NCBI GenBank assembly: GCA_036019775.1 | Contig: JAYXXD010000003.1 | Span: forward strand, 1 to 53,630 | From: Thermoplasmatota archaeon | GTDB taxonomy: Archaea > Thermoplasmatota > Poseidoniia > Poseidoniales > Poseidoniaceae | Length of the DNA: 53,630 nucleotides | Direction: 5' to 3' | Shown here: positions 16,215 through 27,100 of the stretch, one piece after another | How the letters are laid out: each line of letters starts with the position of its first letter | How positions within the stretch are numbered: position 1 is the first letter of the stretch | Made by a program: the position numbers and the translations under genes | The notes under the pieces: generated by a model | What the model was told of the DNA's origin: nothing | What the model saw: only the letters and a program-made list of their open reading frames with translations | Databases searched by the model: none

Positions 16215-18731
16215 ATGAGACTCCCCCGTATAGCCATTGTTGCATTTGCAATGGTGGCGTTGTTTTGTTTACCATCTCTCGTTCATACAGGCTACTACAT
16301 TGTGTCTGATGCGCCGGTTCCCATGGAGGGGGTTGAACCGTCCCCTTATCCAGATGAACCACTGACGGAGGGTTTTCTCTTCGTTGTCCTTGATGGGGGG
16401 CGAATTGACTCAATGAGCGATCCTGAATTGATGCCGAATTTGAATCGTCGTGTTCAGGATGGAGCTTACCTTGAGGTACGGACCAATTTCCTCACAATGA
16501 CGGCGATGTGTGTTAAGGAAATGGCAACCGGTGTTCCTTCACGACCGAACGATGCACTGCAAAACTTCCGTCCTAAACATCCAGGGAGTATCGATGGATT
16601 CAATCTGGCAACGACGCATGACGGAAATGCTGATGGCGAGCCGGACAATCATGTCGGAATTATTGGTGATTATGTCTGGAAAGATTTGATTCCGGACCGA
16701 GACAAAGTTCCGTTCTACAAAGCTCGTTATGGTCATGCCGATTACTACCAAGGTGATGAAGAAGGACTTGAAGAATTGAAGCGATGGGCTCGAGGGGCAC
16801 CTCCTGAAGGATTTTCCCAATCCCGTAATATCATCGTTACTCATCTGTCTGGCCTCGATAGTGTTGGCCATCGATATGGTGCTGCAGATTCTCCAGAATA
16901 TGATGAAAAATTGCGTTGGTTGGATTCGCATTTAGAGGAAGTTTTTCAGGAACTTTCTGAGGATTGGACGGTCCTTGTCACCTCCGATCATGGATTAACA
17001 GATTCAGGACAACACGGTTCGGATCTTGAAATCTTGCGCAACGTTCCTGCATTCATGTGGGGTCCAAACATTGCCAGCGGCGTCACAGTTGAAGACATGA
17101 CTCAGAGAGATTTAGCTACCATGCCTTCGATGATCTTTGGACTTCCTTTACCACATGCAATTCACGGCAAGGTGCCACTGGATGCGTTTGTGCTAACCGA
17201 TGAAGAATACCAAGCATACGAACAGTGGAATTGGGATGCTGCAGTAGCTAGAAACAATTGGCTTATTGAAGAAGGTCATCCTCATATCGAAGGCTTAAGT
17301 TCTGATGAAATCGAATGGGAACGATTGAATGCCGATCAAATCGGAATGCGGCAATCGGATTTAATTCTCAGTGGAGTTGCATTTCTCGGTATTGCCTGCA
17401 TCCTCATTTATGGACTCAGTCAAATCAATTGTTCTCGAAAACACATGGTTTGGGCTTCTCTATCATTCCTTGGAATCTCGGCTTTGTCCATGAGCCTCTC
17501 ATACAACAGAGATACTCTCGCAATTCTGTATTATCCAGTCGGCGTTTTCCTGCCCATTACAGTCTTTGTGATAGGAATGTTGCTCTTGAAATCCGAAAAA
17601 TGGAGTGCAGAGGATTACTCATCAGGCTATGTCATTGCATTGGGTGGTCTGCTTATCGCAACCGTCATGTTTCCTGAAACAAGATTATCGATTCTGGGCT
17701 TGTGTATCTTTGTTTACGTAATGATTGACCGATTTCATTTGAAATCTTCAGGATTGAAGATACCAACTCAACTATTCTTGCCATTCATGGTTGTTTGCAT
17801 AGTGACGTTTTTCCTCAGTGAACATCGTCTCCTGGGGCGGTCTCTAGCTCGCTACTACATCGTCATCCTGCAAAAAGAACACATTTCAATGCTCTTCCTT
17901 TCGATCATTTTGGTTGTTGGTTCATCGCTTCTGTATTTGATTTATGTTGAACGAGTCCAATCGCGTCCAGTCCTTGCTTCCGTCTCGTCGATGTATGGTC
18001 TCTTGCCTATCGCCATGTGGTTCAAAAACAACATCATTGATTGGGTTGTTCTTTCGATTTTGTTGATGTTCGTGTTCGCTTGGGTGTTCGAGATTGTTAA
18101 GAAGAAACAAACTGCATCCATTGCCCCACTGCGATTCGTAGGCTTTGCCTGGGTGACCATCAGTTGGGGCGCTTATGCTGGTGCTGCAACCATGATCCTT
18201 TACTCTGGATTTTATTTCCTGAGTCAGCGGGAGTTCAAATTCCTTCTTGCTAAACAAAACAAGCCTGTTGTTGAGGCGTCCCGATACCTCCTCCTGGCTC
18301 TTCTTCCAATTTGCGCTTGGTTCATGTGGTGGGCTGCGATGGGACAGTTGGATGGATACATCAATATGTCAAGAGATATCGATCCGGGAAATCTCTACCT
18401 TACTGGAGGATACATCGGTGATCGAGATTCACCGAGTAACACATGGGTTGGGTTCATGGGTGGAGGTCCAATGATTTTGATGACACTCTTAATTTTCCAT
18501 ATGTTCAAGTCGATCCATTGGCCGATTCATCTCACCGTTTGGTTTTGTATTCTTCGGGTTGCTTTCCTATCGATACACCTTTCTGTTTCACCGAATTTAC
18601 CGAGACTTGTGTTCAAAATATCATGGGACATCATACTGTATGCACTTTTCGCATTGATTCTTTTCTCAATGCATCAGGTTGAGAAGTTGATTCCGAGGGA
18701 AGCGAACGTTTCTGATGTTGAAGCATCATAG
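16215..18731 (+). CDS. Alkaline-phosphatase-superfamily membrane protein resembling GPI ethanolamine-phosphate transferases (PIG-G/O/N architecture)
   Basis: N-terminal TM, VVLDGGR.D, TMT..VKEMATG, HLSGLDSVGH, TSDHGLTDSGQHG, then many hydrophobic TM segments. Confidence 0.75.
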   Translation: MRLPRIAIVAFAMVALFCLPSLVHTGYYIVSDAPVPMEGVEPSPYPDEPLTEGFLFVVLDGGRIDSMSDPELMPNLNRRVQDGAYLEVRTNFLTMTAMCVKEMATGVPSRPNDALQNFRPKHPGSIDGFNLATTHDGNADGEPDNHVGIIGDYVWKDLIPDRDKVPFYKARYGHADYYQGDEEGLEELKRWARGAPPEGFSQSRNIIVTHLSGLDSVGHRYGAADSPEYDEKLRWLDSHLEEVFQELSEDWTVLVTSDHGLTDSGQHGSDLEILRNVPAFMWGPNIASGVTVEDMTQRDLATMPSMIFGLPLPHAIHGKVPLDAFVLTDEEYQAYEQWNWDAAVARNNWLIEEGHPHIEGLSSDEIEWERLNADQIGMRQSDLILSGVAFLGIACILIYGLSQINCSRKHMVWASLSFLGISALSMSLSYNRDTLAILYYPVGVFLPITVFVIGMLLLKSEKWSAEDYSSGYVIALGGLLIATVMFPETRLSILGLCIFVYVMIDRFHLKSSGLKIPTQLFLPFMVVCIVTFFLSEHRLLGRSLARYYIVILQKEHISMLFLSIILVVGSSLLYLIYVERVQSRPVLASVSSMYGLLPIAMWFKNNIIDWVVLSILLMFVFAWVFEIVKKKQTASIAPLRFVGFAWVTISWGAYAGAATMILYSGFYFLSQREFKFLLAKQNKPVVEASRYLLLALLPICAWFMWWAAMGQLDGYINMSRDIDPGNLYLTGGYIGDRDSPSNTWVGFMGGGPMILMTLLIFHMFKSIHWPIHLTVWFCILRVAFLSIHLSVSPNLPRLVFKISWDIILYALFALILFSMHQVEKLIPREANVSDVEAS

Positions 18732-18953
18732 AGGTGTTTTGATACCAACCGCTCGTACAATGCACCAGCCTTTACGTGCTTCGAAAATGGCAAACGCACC
18801 ACCGAAGACGCTACCTGCTACTGCAATCCAGCCAAGAGTGGCCGGAATGACGCTCAAGTATGTCAACAGAGCGAGAGCAATTCCAACAGCAATTGCAAAG
18901 ATTCCTGTGTAGAGTCGAGCGAGTCGCCCTTTTTTGTTTATGTTACACTCCAT
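18726..18953 (-). CDS. Small membrane protein, DUF2892/YgaP-TM-like
   Basis: CNI...R..R N-terminus, two TM helices, GWC...GIKT C-terminus. Confidence 0.7.
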   Translation of the reverse strand: MECNINKKGRLARLYTGIFAIAVGIALALLTYLSVIPATLGWIAVAGSVFGGAFAIFEARKGWCIVRAVGIKTPL

Positions 18954-19039
18954 TAGATATTGCTACTAATCCTGGATATTTGAAGGCGTGTTTCAAGAAC
19001 GGGCATATTTTCAAATGCAAAACTCACTTGTTTCCGTGT

Positions 19040-19432
19040 ATGGGGAAGAACCACAGCCCGAAGTTTTTGGCTACAGTTGAGCAATCTCGTTCAGTTGTAC
19101 AGGAGTGCGACATCACTGAGTTTGCATCGATGATGAACGATGGCGATGATCTCGTTGTCATCGATGTGCGCGAACGTCATGAGTACGAAGGTGGCTGTTT
19201 TGAAGGAGCTATACACTTGAGCAAGGGTGTGATTGAACGAGACATCGAAAAGCATCCAATTACGGAAGATGCCCGCATCGTCTTGTATTGTGGTGGTGGT
19301 TTTCGTTCTGCTCTTGCTGCTGAATCACTTACTCGAATGGGTTATCTGAACGTTTACTCTCTCTGGGGAGGTTGGAGAAGTCTTGTAGCAGAGGGTCTAG
19401 CCAAATCTGCAAAAGAGTCGAATTTGCCGTAG
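19040..19432 (+). CDS. Rhodanese-like sulfurtransferase
   Basis: VIDVRE..EY..G...GA, active loop YCGGGFRS, SLWGGW. Start placed at ATG 19040. Confidence 0.9.
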   Translation: MGKNHSPKFLATVEQSRSVVQECDITEFASMMNDGDDLVVIDVRERHEYEGGCFEGAIHLSKGVIERDIEKHPITEDARIVLYCGGGFRSALAAESLTRMGYLNVYSLWGGWRSLVAEGLAKSAKESNLP

Positions 19433-19509
19433 TTTATTGAAACTTCAATCGATGGACAGACTCATAAAGGGGTTCAAAGTCGGCAAGTTGCTCCCATTGA
19501 GGTTTTACC

Positions 19510-20112
19510 ATGGCAAAAGGACTCCACCATTATGTTCGTGAAACTTGGAAGAAGCCAAAAGAGGCTCTCCCGCACATGTTCCGTCAGACTCGGATGGCAC
19601 AGTGGCGTCGTGAACCTGTCAACTGCCGCATTGAGCGCCCAACCCGTCTCGATGCAGCTCGCCGACTTGGTTACAAAGCCAAGCAAGGTGTTGTTCTCAT
19701 CCGTACCCGTGTCCGCCGTGGTGGACTTCGCAAGGGTAAGATTCACATGAAGCGAAAGCCATCCAAGGCTGGTATCTCCAAGATCACCATGGCCAAAAAC
19801 ACTCAACGAATCGCAGAAGAGCGTGTCGCTCGTCACTTCCCGAACCTTGAAGTTCTCAACTCATACTGGGTTGGCGAAGATGGAAAGCACAAGTTCTTCG
19901 AAGTTATTCTGATTGATACACACCATCCTGCTATCATCAACGATAAGCAACTCGGTGTCTTTTGTCAAGCGAACGGTAACAACAGCCACCGAGGTCGTGC
20001 ATACCGTGGAAAGACTTCCGCTGGAAAGCGTGGACGTGGTCTCTTCAACAAGGGCAAGGGAGCAGAAAAGCTGCGACCTTCTCTCAAGGCGAACCTCAAC
20101 CGTGGCAAGTGA
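19510..20112 (+). CDS. rpl15e: 50S ribosomal protein L15e
   Basis: ERPTRLDAARRLGYKAKQG, NLEVLNSYWVGEDG, GRAYRGKTSAG. Confidence 0.98.
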   Translation: MAKGLHHYVRETWKKPKEALPHMFRQTRMAQWRREPVNCRIERPTRLDAARRLGYKAKQGVVLIRTRVRRGGLRKGKIHMKRKPSKAGISKITMAKNTQRIAEERVARHFPNLEVLNSYWVGEDGKHKFFEVILIDTHHPAIINDKQLGVFCQANGNNSHRGRAYRGKTSAGKRGRGLFNKGKGAEKLRPSLKANLNRGK

Positions 20113-20169
20113 AATCAAGCGTTTGTTTGATGTCCTTGTTCTTCTTGCACTTACCAAGGAGGAGGACTT

Positions 20170-20427
20170 TTGAGCAAGGGCGAGCGAAATTTATCCGATC
20201 TCTCCGGACTGCATGTCTATCTTCCAGATGGGAGACGGCTTGGCATGGTTCATGATGCAGTTGTTGAACATGCGAATCTTTCGTGCACTCATCTTTTCGT
20301 AACGGAAACATCGGAAGAACTTGTAGAAGGTTCGATTCACGTCGCTGTACCTTGGCGATGGATTCGTTCCATTGGCGATGTTGTCATTCTTCGATGGTTC
20401 CCTGAGACACCGATTCCACGCCGATGA
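20170..20427 (+). CDS. PRC-barrel domain protein
   Basis: L.G..VY..DG..LG.V.D and VPW.WI.SIGDVVIL. TTG start preceded by GGAGGA. Confidence 0.85.
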   Translation: MSKGERNLSDLSGLHVYLPDGRRLGMVHDAVVEHANLSCTHLFVTETSEELVEGSIHVAVPWRWIRSIGDVVILRWFPETPIPRR

Positions 20428-20436
20428 TGTGATCAT

Positions 20437-21585
20437 ATGATGGAACTTCACATATTGGGGACTGCATCAGCGCGACCCACATCGACCAGAAGTGTAAGCG
20501 GAAGCGTCTTCACCTGTCAAGAAGGCATTGTTGTTCTCGATGCAGGAGAAGGCTTCCAGATGAGATACTCAAAACAGCGTAGTCAAATGAAACGTCGAGA
20601 AGAACCTTCTCTGCTACGTCCGAATAGAATTGTAGCAATAGCGCTGACTCATGGCCATTTGGACCATACTTGGGGCGTGTTGCCGTTCTTGCAGACATTA
20701 TCGCTCGATGGCCGCCAGCAACCACTGATTGTTTATGGCCCGACGTCTTCAGAAGTCCTTGATAGACTTCTGTCGGATGGTGTTCATGCTTCAGTACCAT
20801 CAGATACTCCAGCGGCTGATTTGCTCAATCAATATCGCTCTTGGTTTACCCTTGGAGGGACATCAACGAATCTTGGTTACGATGTACGATGGTTGCTGGG
20901 CCATCCACAATCTGGACGTTGGGTGGAGTTTGTCGATGATGCATCTGATTTGATTTTCCATGAATCAATGCCTCAACCAGATGGATTCAAAGAATTTCGA
21001 ATGGATTCGATTCCAACACAGCATAGCGTTCCTTCTTGTGCATGGCAACTTTCTCGGAAAGGAAGAAAGGGAGTTTTTGATCGAGATAAAGCGAAACTTG
21101 CCGGATTGTCTCAAGAAGATTGTAAGCTGCTTTCGGAAGGCATCGACATTGAACATACGAACGGTGAAATGCTGCAAGCATCTCAATTTCGAGGCCCTTC
21201 AAGGCCTGCTGTGAGCATGATTCTTTCCGGAGATACGGCAGAACAAGCAATACAAACCTCTGGGCCAGTTACTGTTCTAATTCATGAGGCAACGTTCCTC
21301 GATGATTCAGCTGACAAAGCTGAAGCGCATTTGCATAGTACTGCTGCGGGAGCAGCACGTACTGCCCTGAAATGCAACGCGGATAATCTCATTCTTACTC
21401 ATTTTTCTGCACGATTACGCGATGTCAGTCAAGCAATTGAGGAGGCGAGACAAGTATTAGGGGAAACATATGGATTGGAAGCAGCATCCGATGGGGACCG
21501 AGTACGCATCGATGAGAATGGGCATGCATCTTTGCTCAAGTCATCTCAGAATGGTTGGGTGCAACACAAACTATCGCATCATTGA
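20437..21585 (+). CDS. rnz: Ribonuclease Z (tRNase Z)
   Basis: LGT...PT, LDAGEG, THGHLDH, HSVP, SGDT, HEATF, HST, THFSAR. Confidence 0.9.
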   Translation: MMELHILGTASARPTSTRSVSGSVFTCQEGIVVLDAGEGFQMRYSKQRSQMKRREEPSLLRPNRIVAIALTHGHLDHTWGVLPFLQTLSLDGRQQPLIVYGPTSSEVLDRLLSDGVHASVPSDTPAADLLNQYRSWFTLGGTSTNLGYDVRWLLGHPQSGRWVEFVDDASDLIFHESMPQPDGFKEFRMDSIPTQHSVPSCAWQLSRKGRKGVFDRDKAKLAGLSQEDCKLLSEGIDIEHTNGEMLQASQFRGPSRPAVSMILSGDTAEQAIQTSGPVTVLIHEATFLDDSADKAEAHLHSTAAGAARTALKCNADNLILTHFSARLRDVSQAIEEARQVLGETYGLEAASDGDRVRIDENGHASLLKSSQNGWVQHKLSHH

Positions 21586-21610
21586 AAGAGTATGTTGTGA
21601 AGGGAAGGCT

Positions 21611-24103
21611 ATGCATTCAAGGAAAGCCATCGCAGTTCTCACACTCCTGTTTTGTGTTTCACTCATGCCCCTTGTTTCGAGCACATCTGGGCGAGCAATA
21701 CCGTCGTGTAGTTCAGAATCAGCGTCAACATTTGCTTCGCAAGTACCCGTTGATGACGGGGAGTGTGTTGAATTGTCGCTTGGTCTTCTTACTCCAGGCG
21801 ACGTTTATGACATCGAGATTCTCGTTATCGATGATGCTCTTGATGTACTTGTTTTTGATGAAGCAGGCTTGCAGCCCTATCTTTTGGGACAGTCGTATCG
21901 TTCCTCCTATCAACAAATCCCATCAACGGAGTTTGCAAATGGTTCCTATAAATTTCATTGGAAGGTCCCTCTCTCAATTTCAGAGAAATCCTGGACAATC
22001 ATCATCGATAATTTAGCGCATGATGGCGATCAAGGAAACGGCGACCAAGGTGGAGACGAGGGCCGTGTTTCGATCAAGATTACCAAACTGAGCGATGGTC
22101 AATGGACCTCATACCATGATCTTGTTGGAATTATTCCCGATGGCTACTTGACACTGCTTGAAGGTGATGATTTACGACTCGAAGAAGGAACAGCAGTATC
22201 GGTCACTGCATGGTCGCTAGAAGGTTTTGGTGATGTTTATCTCCAGTCAGAGTCGATGAATGCGAATTATCTTTCAGGCCAATCCAATGTTGCAATAACC
22301 GGTGCTTCGTTGCTCGGAGTCGATGGTACAGCTTCATTCAATTGGATTGTTCCAGCTGACTTCGCAGACCAACCTCTCAAGCTCGTTGTCGATAACACCG
22401 ACGATACGGATGGTCAAGGAACTGGTTCTACAACACTTCGAGTTACGATTCGGGTTGAGTTAACGCCAGTCATGAAGGCATTGTTTGTTGCAGAAAACAA
22501 TTCAGTTGCTCTCAATACACCGTTGAATTTTGACGGATCTTCCTCACCGAATAATCTCGGACAAATCGATCTATACCAGTGGGATTTTGATGCATCTGTT
22601 GATTCAGACAACGACGGGGATGCTATCAACGATGCTGATGCAGTTGGTATTACGGCTTCATCATCGTGGTCGTCTCCAGGTGAAAAAACAGTCACACTTA
22701 CCGTATCAAGTGCCCTTGGATTAGATCGATTGCAAAGCAACATCACCGTCGTTGATGAGACCAAACCTGTTGCGAGAATTACCAATTCACCAACGTCATC
22801 AGCGATCTCAATTCCCGAAGGATGGCGAGTCGAACACGGTGAAACGATTACACTTTCATGCGCCACGAGTACTGATAATCATCAAATTGCAGCCTGTTCT
22901 TGGTCCTTGGATGGTAATCCATTTGGCCAACAGACAACTGCTTCCTTCAATTGGTCCGAAATTGGAACACATGAAGTAAGTCTAATTGTCCTTGATTCCA
23001 GCGGAAACAGCCAATCTACAACGGATCAGATTCTTGTTACCGATTCAACGAAACCTCGTCTTGACCAAGCATTGGTTGATGTGCTTGAAAATCAAGCAAC
23101 GATTGGCAAAGCTACCACGTTTAGCATGACTGCTTCAGATGAATATGATTCAAACACAGACCTGAGATTTCATTGGGACCTGAATCCACTGAAAGATTCG
23201 GATGGCAACGGAAATTTGCTTGACGATCCAGATTACACTGGGTCACGTGTTGATATCAATTTTGACTCTGCAGGCACAAATACTGTCATCCTTACCGTTT
23301 TTGACATCTCAAACAACAGCGATAGTCATACCTTTTCAGTTATTGTAAGCGAGGCTGAAGTAGAAGAAGCGGATTATGCAATTTTTGTCGTCGTCATCTT
23401 CGCAGGTCTTGTGACGATGTCCATTGCGCTTATTGGCTACCGGCGTTGGCAGTCGACAATTGCATTGAAACTTCTTATGGATCGGGGGCTGCCAGAAAAC
23501 GAAGCCATTTCTCACATGGCAATGGTTAAGCAAACTCAACAGCTCCCTCTTTTCGCAAAAGCAATTCAAATTGCAGGTCTTGCTTCAGGAGCCGAAATCG
23601 TATCGCAACAACAACAACAAATGGCACAAAAAGAGGCCGAACTCCAGTCGATTTACGGGTCTTCAAACGAATATGAAGTGACTCCACAAGCTCAATTTGC
23701 ACCACGAATGCAACTCTCACAAGCATCCAGCCAAGCCGCTAGTGAAGCAGCAGCTTTGTTCTTTGAAGATGAATCACCTAAATCTCGTCCTCCAGCACCA
23801 CCAAAATCTGGCCGTCCTGCGCCACCAAAATCGGCACCAGTGACCGACGGACTTGAAGAATTGATGCAACCAAACCGACCCAAACCAGAAGCGAAACCAA
23901 CCTCTTCTGGAATCGAATTACCCCAACCCATTGACCTGCCTGAGATGGATGAGGAGGCATCTGAACCATCTGAAACGACCAACCTTCTCAGAGGAACCTG
24001 TTCCAGTTGTTCTTTGGAATTCCAAGTTCCAATGCCAGTCGGTGTTAAGGAAGCAATCGTCATTTGTCCATCATGCTCTTCTGAGCAACTGTTCCAACGC
24101 TAA
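21611..24103 (+). CDS. Secreted PKD-domain protein with C-terminal TM, Pro-rich linker and terminal Zn ribbon
   Basis: Signal peptide. PKD motifs (FDGSSS..YQWDFD, WSLDG, FHWD). DxDxDG loops. TM YAIFVVVIFAGLVTMSIALIG. CSSC...CPSC at the end. Start placed at ATG 21611. Confidence 0.8.
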   Translation: MHSRKAIAVLTLLFCVSLMPLVSSTSGRAIPSCSSESASTFASQVPVDDGECVELSLGLLTPGDVYDIEILVIDDALDVLVFDEAGLQPYLLGQSYRSSYQQIPSTEFANGSYKFHWKVPLSISEKSWTIIIDNLAHDGDQGNGDQGGDEGRVSIKITKLSDGQWTSYHDLVGIIPDGYLTLLEGDDLRLEEGTAVSVTAWSLEGFGDVYLQSESMNANYLSGQSNVAITGASLLGVDGTASFNWIVPADFADQPLKLVVDNTDDTDGQGTGSTTLRVTIRVELTPVMKALFVAENNSVALNTPLNFDGSSSPNNLGQIDLYQWDFDASVDSDNDGDAINDADAVGITASSSWSSPGEKTVTLTVSSALGLDRLQSNITVVDETKPVARITNSPTSSAISIPEGWRVEHGETITLSCATSTDNHQIAACSWSLDGNPFGQQTTASFNWSEIGTHEVSLIVLDSSGNSQSTTDQILVTDSTKPRLDQALVDVLENQATIGKATTFSMTASDEYDSNTDLRFHWDLNPLKDSDGNGNLLDDPDYTGSRVDINFDSAGTNTVILTVFDISNNSDSHTFSVIVSEAEVEEADYAIFVVVIFAGLVTMSIALIGYRRWQSTIALKLLMDRGLPENEAISHMAMVKQTQQLPLFAKAIQIAGLASGAEIVSQQQQQMAQKEAELQSIYGSSNEYEVTPQAQFAPRMQLSQASSQAASEAAALFFEDESPKSRPPAPPKSGRPAPPKSAPVTDGLEELMQPNRPKPEAKPTSSGIELPQPIDLPEMDEEASEPSETTNLLRGTCSSCSLEFQVPMPVGVKEAIVICPSCSSEQLFQR

Positions 24104-24178
24104 ATGAATCAACAACAATCCTCGTCTGTTTGCACAATTCGGGGATGGGTTCAGATATGAGTTCCTCGACCTGCAATC

Positions 24179-27100
24179 ATGGTCGAGGAAGCAATTCGTC
24201 TGATTCGACCTGGCTTGCATCAACCAAAACGTGGACGATTGGCCACTTTCTTGATTCTGGTCCTACTTATCCCGATTTTCCAACCGGTTCAAGCGGATGT
24301 TCTAGTTGAAAAGGATGATTTCGGATTGATGGAGAAACTTTCAGATCTTATGGAACTGCAAGAATCAAGCGATGATTTGGTGATTGCTGCGGGCTCATCA
24401 GCTTCCTCTCTTGCACTTGTCGAAGCAGCAAAGCGAGAAAGTCGTGAAGGGGATCCATTGAACGATTCGACGGAATATCTCAGTCAGGCGCAATTGAGGG
24501 ATACAACACCGTTTGAACCTGATCATCCTCGGCCGTATGAGATTCTTCTCGATACCAGCTCACAGCCTGACGGATGGCCAAACAATCTGATTCAAACGCT
24601 CTTTTCACTCGAATCATGGGACATCACCGATCCTCTAGCAGTGGGAATTAACACCTATGCACTGTACATTAATTTCTCAAGCAGGGATAACGGCCCACAA
24701 TACGAGGCTTGGGATTATGGGACGTTTACTGGAGAATTATTTGTTGGTTCAGACCTTGTCCTGTTTGAGAATTACATCGACATTGACGGTGATAATGTTG
24801 ACGATGTCTCCATCTCGTTGACCGTTCTTGGGCTGCTAACGCTCAATGAAGGATTTGGATTTGAACCACCATTGGATCCTTTCCAATTCCCTCCAAGCAT
24901 ACCCGATACCCTATGGCTGCGACCAACATTCCAATGGAAAATTGATTATTTGAATGAGAACGACCCGATTTGGGATGAACTCGCCCATATGGAAGTCTCC
25001 TTGCTGAAAGGGTTGGCCTTTGATTCTGCACTACAAGAATCACAATCCTATGCTCTTGTTCTGGATACACGCCTCACTCAACCTCCAAACAATTTCAGAG
25101 TTGAAGTTGGAATTCAAGAATTCCGATTTAGCATTTCGAACACAATCAGCAATATTGCTGGATTATTAGCCGACTTCATTACTGGAGGGATTTTGCCAGC
25201 AAATGCAGTTTCGCTGACAAGTGTTTCAGCGCCATATTCAATTTCCATCCGAAACTCGAATTCAAATTCTGAGAATAAGCAAACTGAATGTGATGAAACA
25301 TACTATGACGTGTTTAACGATCATGGTTCAGCGAGTGAAACGCACAAATGCGGCTATGGTATTGGTATTGGTTTCATCCAATTCGACCAGGTCGACCAAC
25401 AAGGACAAGTTGAGATTATCGACATGGGTTATCTCGACGTCGGATTCCATCCTGAACTTGGCTCCAACCAACTGCCTGAAGAGATAGATCTTGTTTTACG
25501 CAACGATAATCTTGGTGACAACACCTTCGACACGGTTGAATTGTACAGCGATGTAGGTGCTGATCTGTGGTTGCATTACTTTGAGGATCGTAGCAATACG
25601 CTTGAAGGGGGCTCTTTTGGAAACACCACTGACTCTCGGTTGTGGATACGCGGAATACCCTCAGGCTCCCTCCCTCAGGAAGAAATCAATGCCATCTTCA
25701 CCATGATTGGAGAAGCCCCAGGAAGTGCAAATCTACCGGGCGATATTCCAGACCGTCTTTCGTTTATTCTTGCTATCAAGAATTTTTCCGGAGATGCTAC
25801 GGCGAACGAGAACGACCTGACCTTGCCCGTCAACCCAGCAGCGCCCCCAGCGACACTGATCATGATTGCTGGTACAGAACGAATCAAATCATTATCATAC
25901 AATTCAACATTGAAGCGAGGCGGATACGCTAATGATGTCAGTTCGTTAACCATTCAAGTGGAAAATCTACCAGAAGTACTCATCCTTAAGGGAAGTTTTC
26001 AGCTTTCTTCAACTGGCCTTTCACGTGTAAACTTCAACAATCCTGACCTCAACACAATTGCTCAACTTCTCGACAATGCTTTGCTAACGCTGGTTGAAAT
26101 TGTCCTCGATTTGGGTTCGATTCTCAACACACTCCCAGATTTGATTGTAGGAACAGCAGGCAGTTCAGGTGGTGAGCTTGAAGTTCTCTGTCTAAGTCAA
26201 GTTCGCCAGACTTGGTCGAATGGCGCTGTGCGTGGTCCAAGTAGTCTTGGAGAGATTTCAATGGCCATTGGAAGCAGTGATCACCCTTGGCTGACTGATT
26301 CTGATCACATCCTTCTTTCACAAGATACGGAAATTGAGCAGATCGATGGAAGGGATGGACCTGTCGAACCACTCGTTCCAGTGGCGATGAGCATTCGAGT
26401 TTCAAACATTTCAAGGGTGTTTCAATCCTACGATCCTGTGACCAGCGTTCGTGCACTGGAGTTGCAAGGTCAACAATCTGGTGCACTTTTGGTGGGCCAC
26501 ATCCGGCATTCAGGTACCAATTTTGCGAATGTTACTGCTCAATCTGCGATGATTTCCAATCGACCCAGCGATTTAAGTGTCGTTCAAGATCCTGCAAAAT
26601 TGGTTTACACAGCTAGCGAACCAATTGGAACGATCACATACGGAGGTGAACAAGGGGCTCAACGGAATGCGATTCGACTCGAAGGTTTACCTGCCCAGTT
26701 CCAATTGAATCTTGGTGATTCGGTTGGTTTCCAGGCCGAGACACCCATTACTTCGATCATGGTTCAAATGACGAATGCAACTACGCCGCTCACAATGAAC
26801 GGAGATCATTTCCGGTTCTGGGTCGATGCTGATACAGCTCAGGCATCATTGAGCGCGAAGATTTCCAACGTACAATCGGTTCAACGTTATTCACCGATTG
26901 ATGCAAATTCAACAGGGCCTGAAGGAAGCGCCCGGTATGCCCTTCAACGTCAAGTATCATCTCCATTCAGCATCTCAATGGAAGATGTGAGCAACTACGA
27001 TGACCCGTTCCTTGGTCTCAATGGTATGATGCGACTTGAACCACTACCAGCAAACCTTGAGGTTGTTCTTCCCAGCGACTTGGATTCCAGTGGCATTGAA

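Noticed and set aside
18860-19039. Upstream extensions given by the ORF track (rhodanese; similarly PKD 21470, nuoH 39900, nuoN 47491, KH 51788)
   Set aside because: They overlap neighbouring genes and precede better-supported ATGs at the domain or signal-peptide start.
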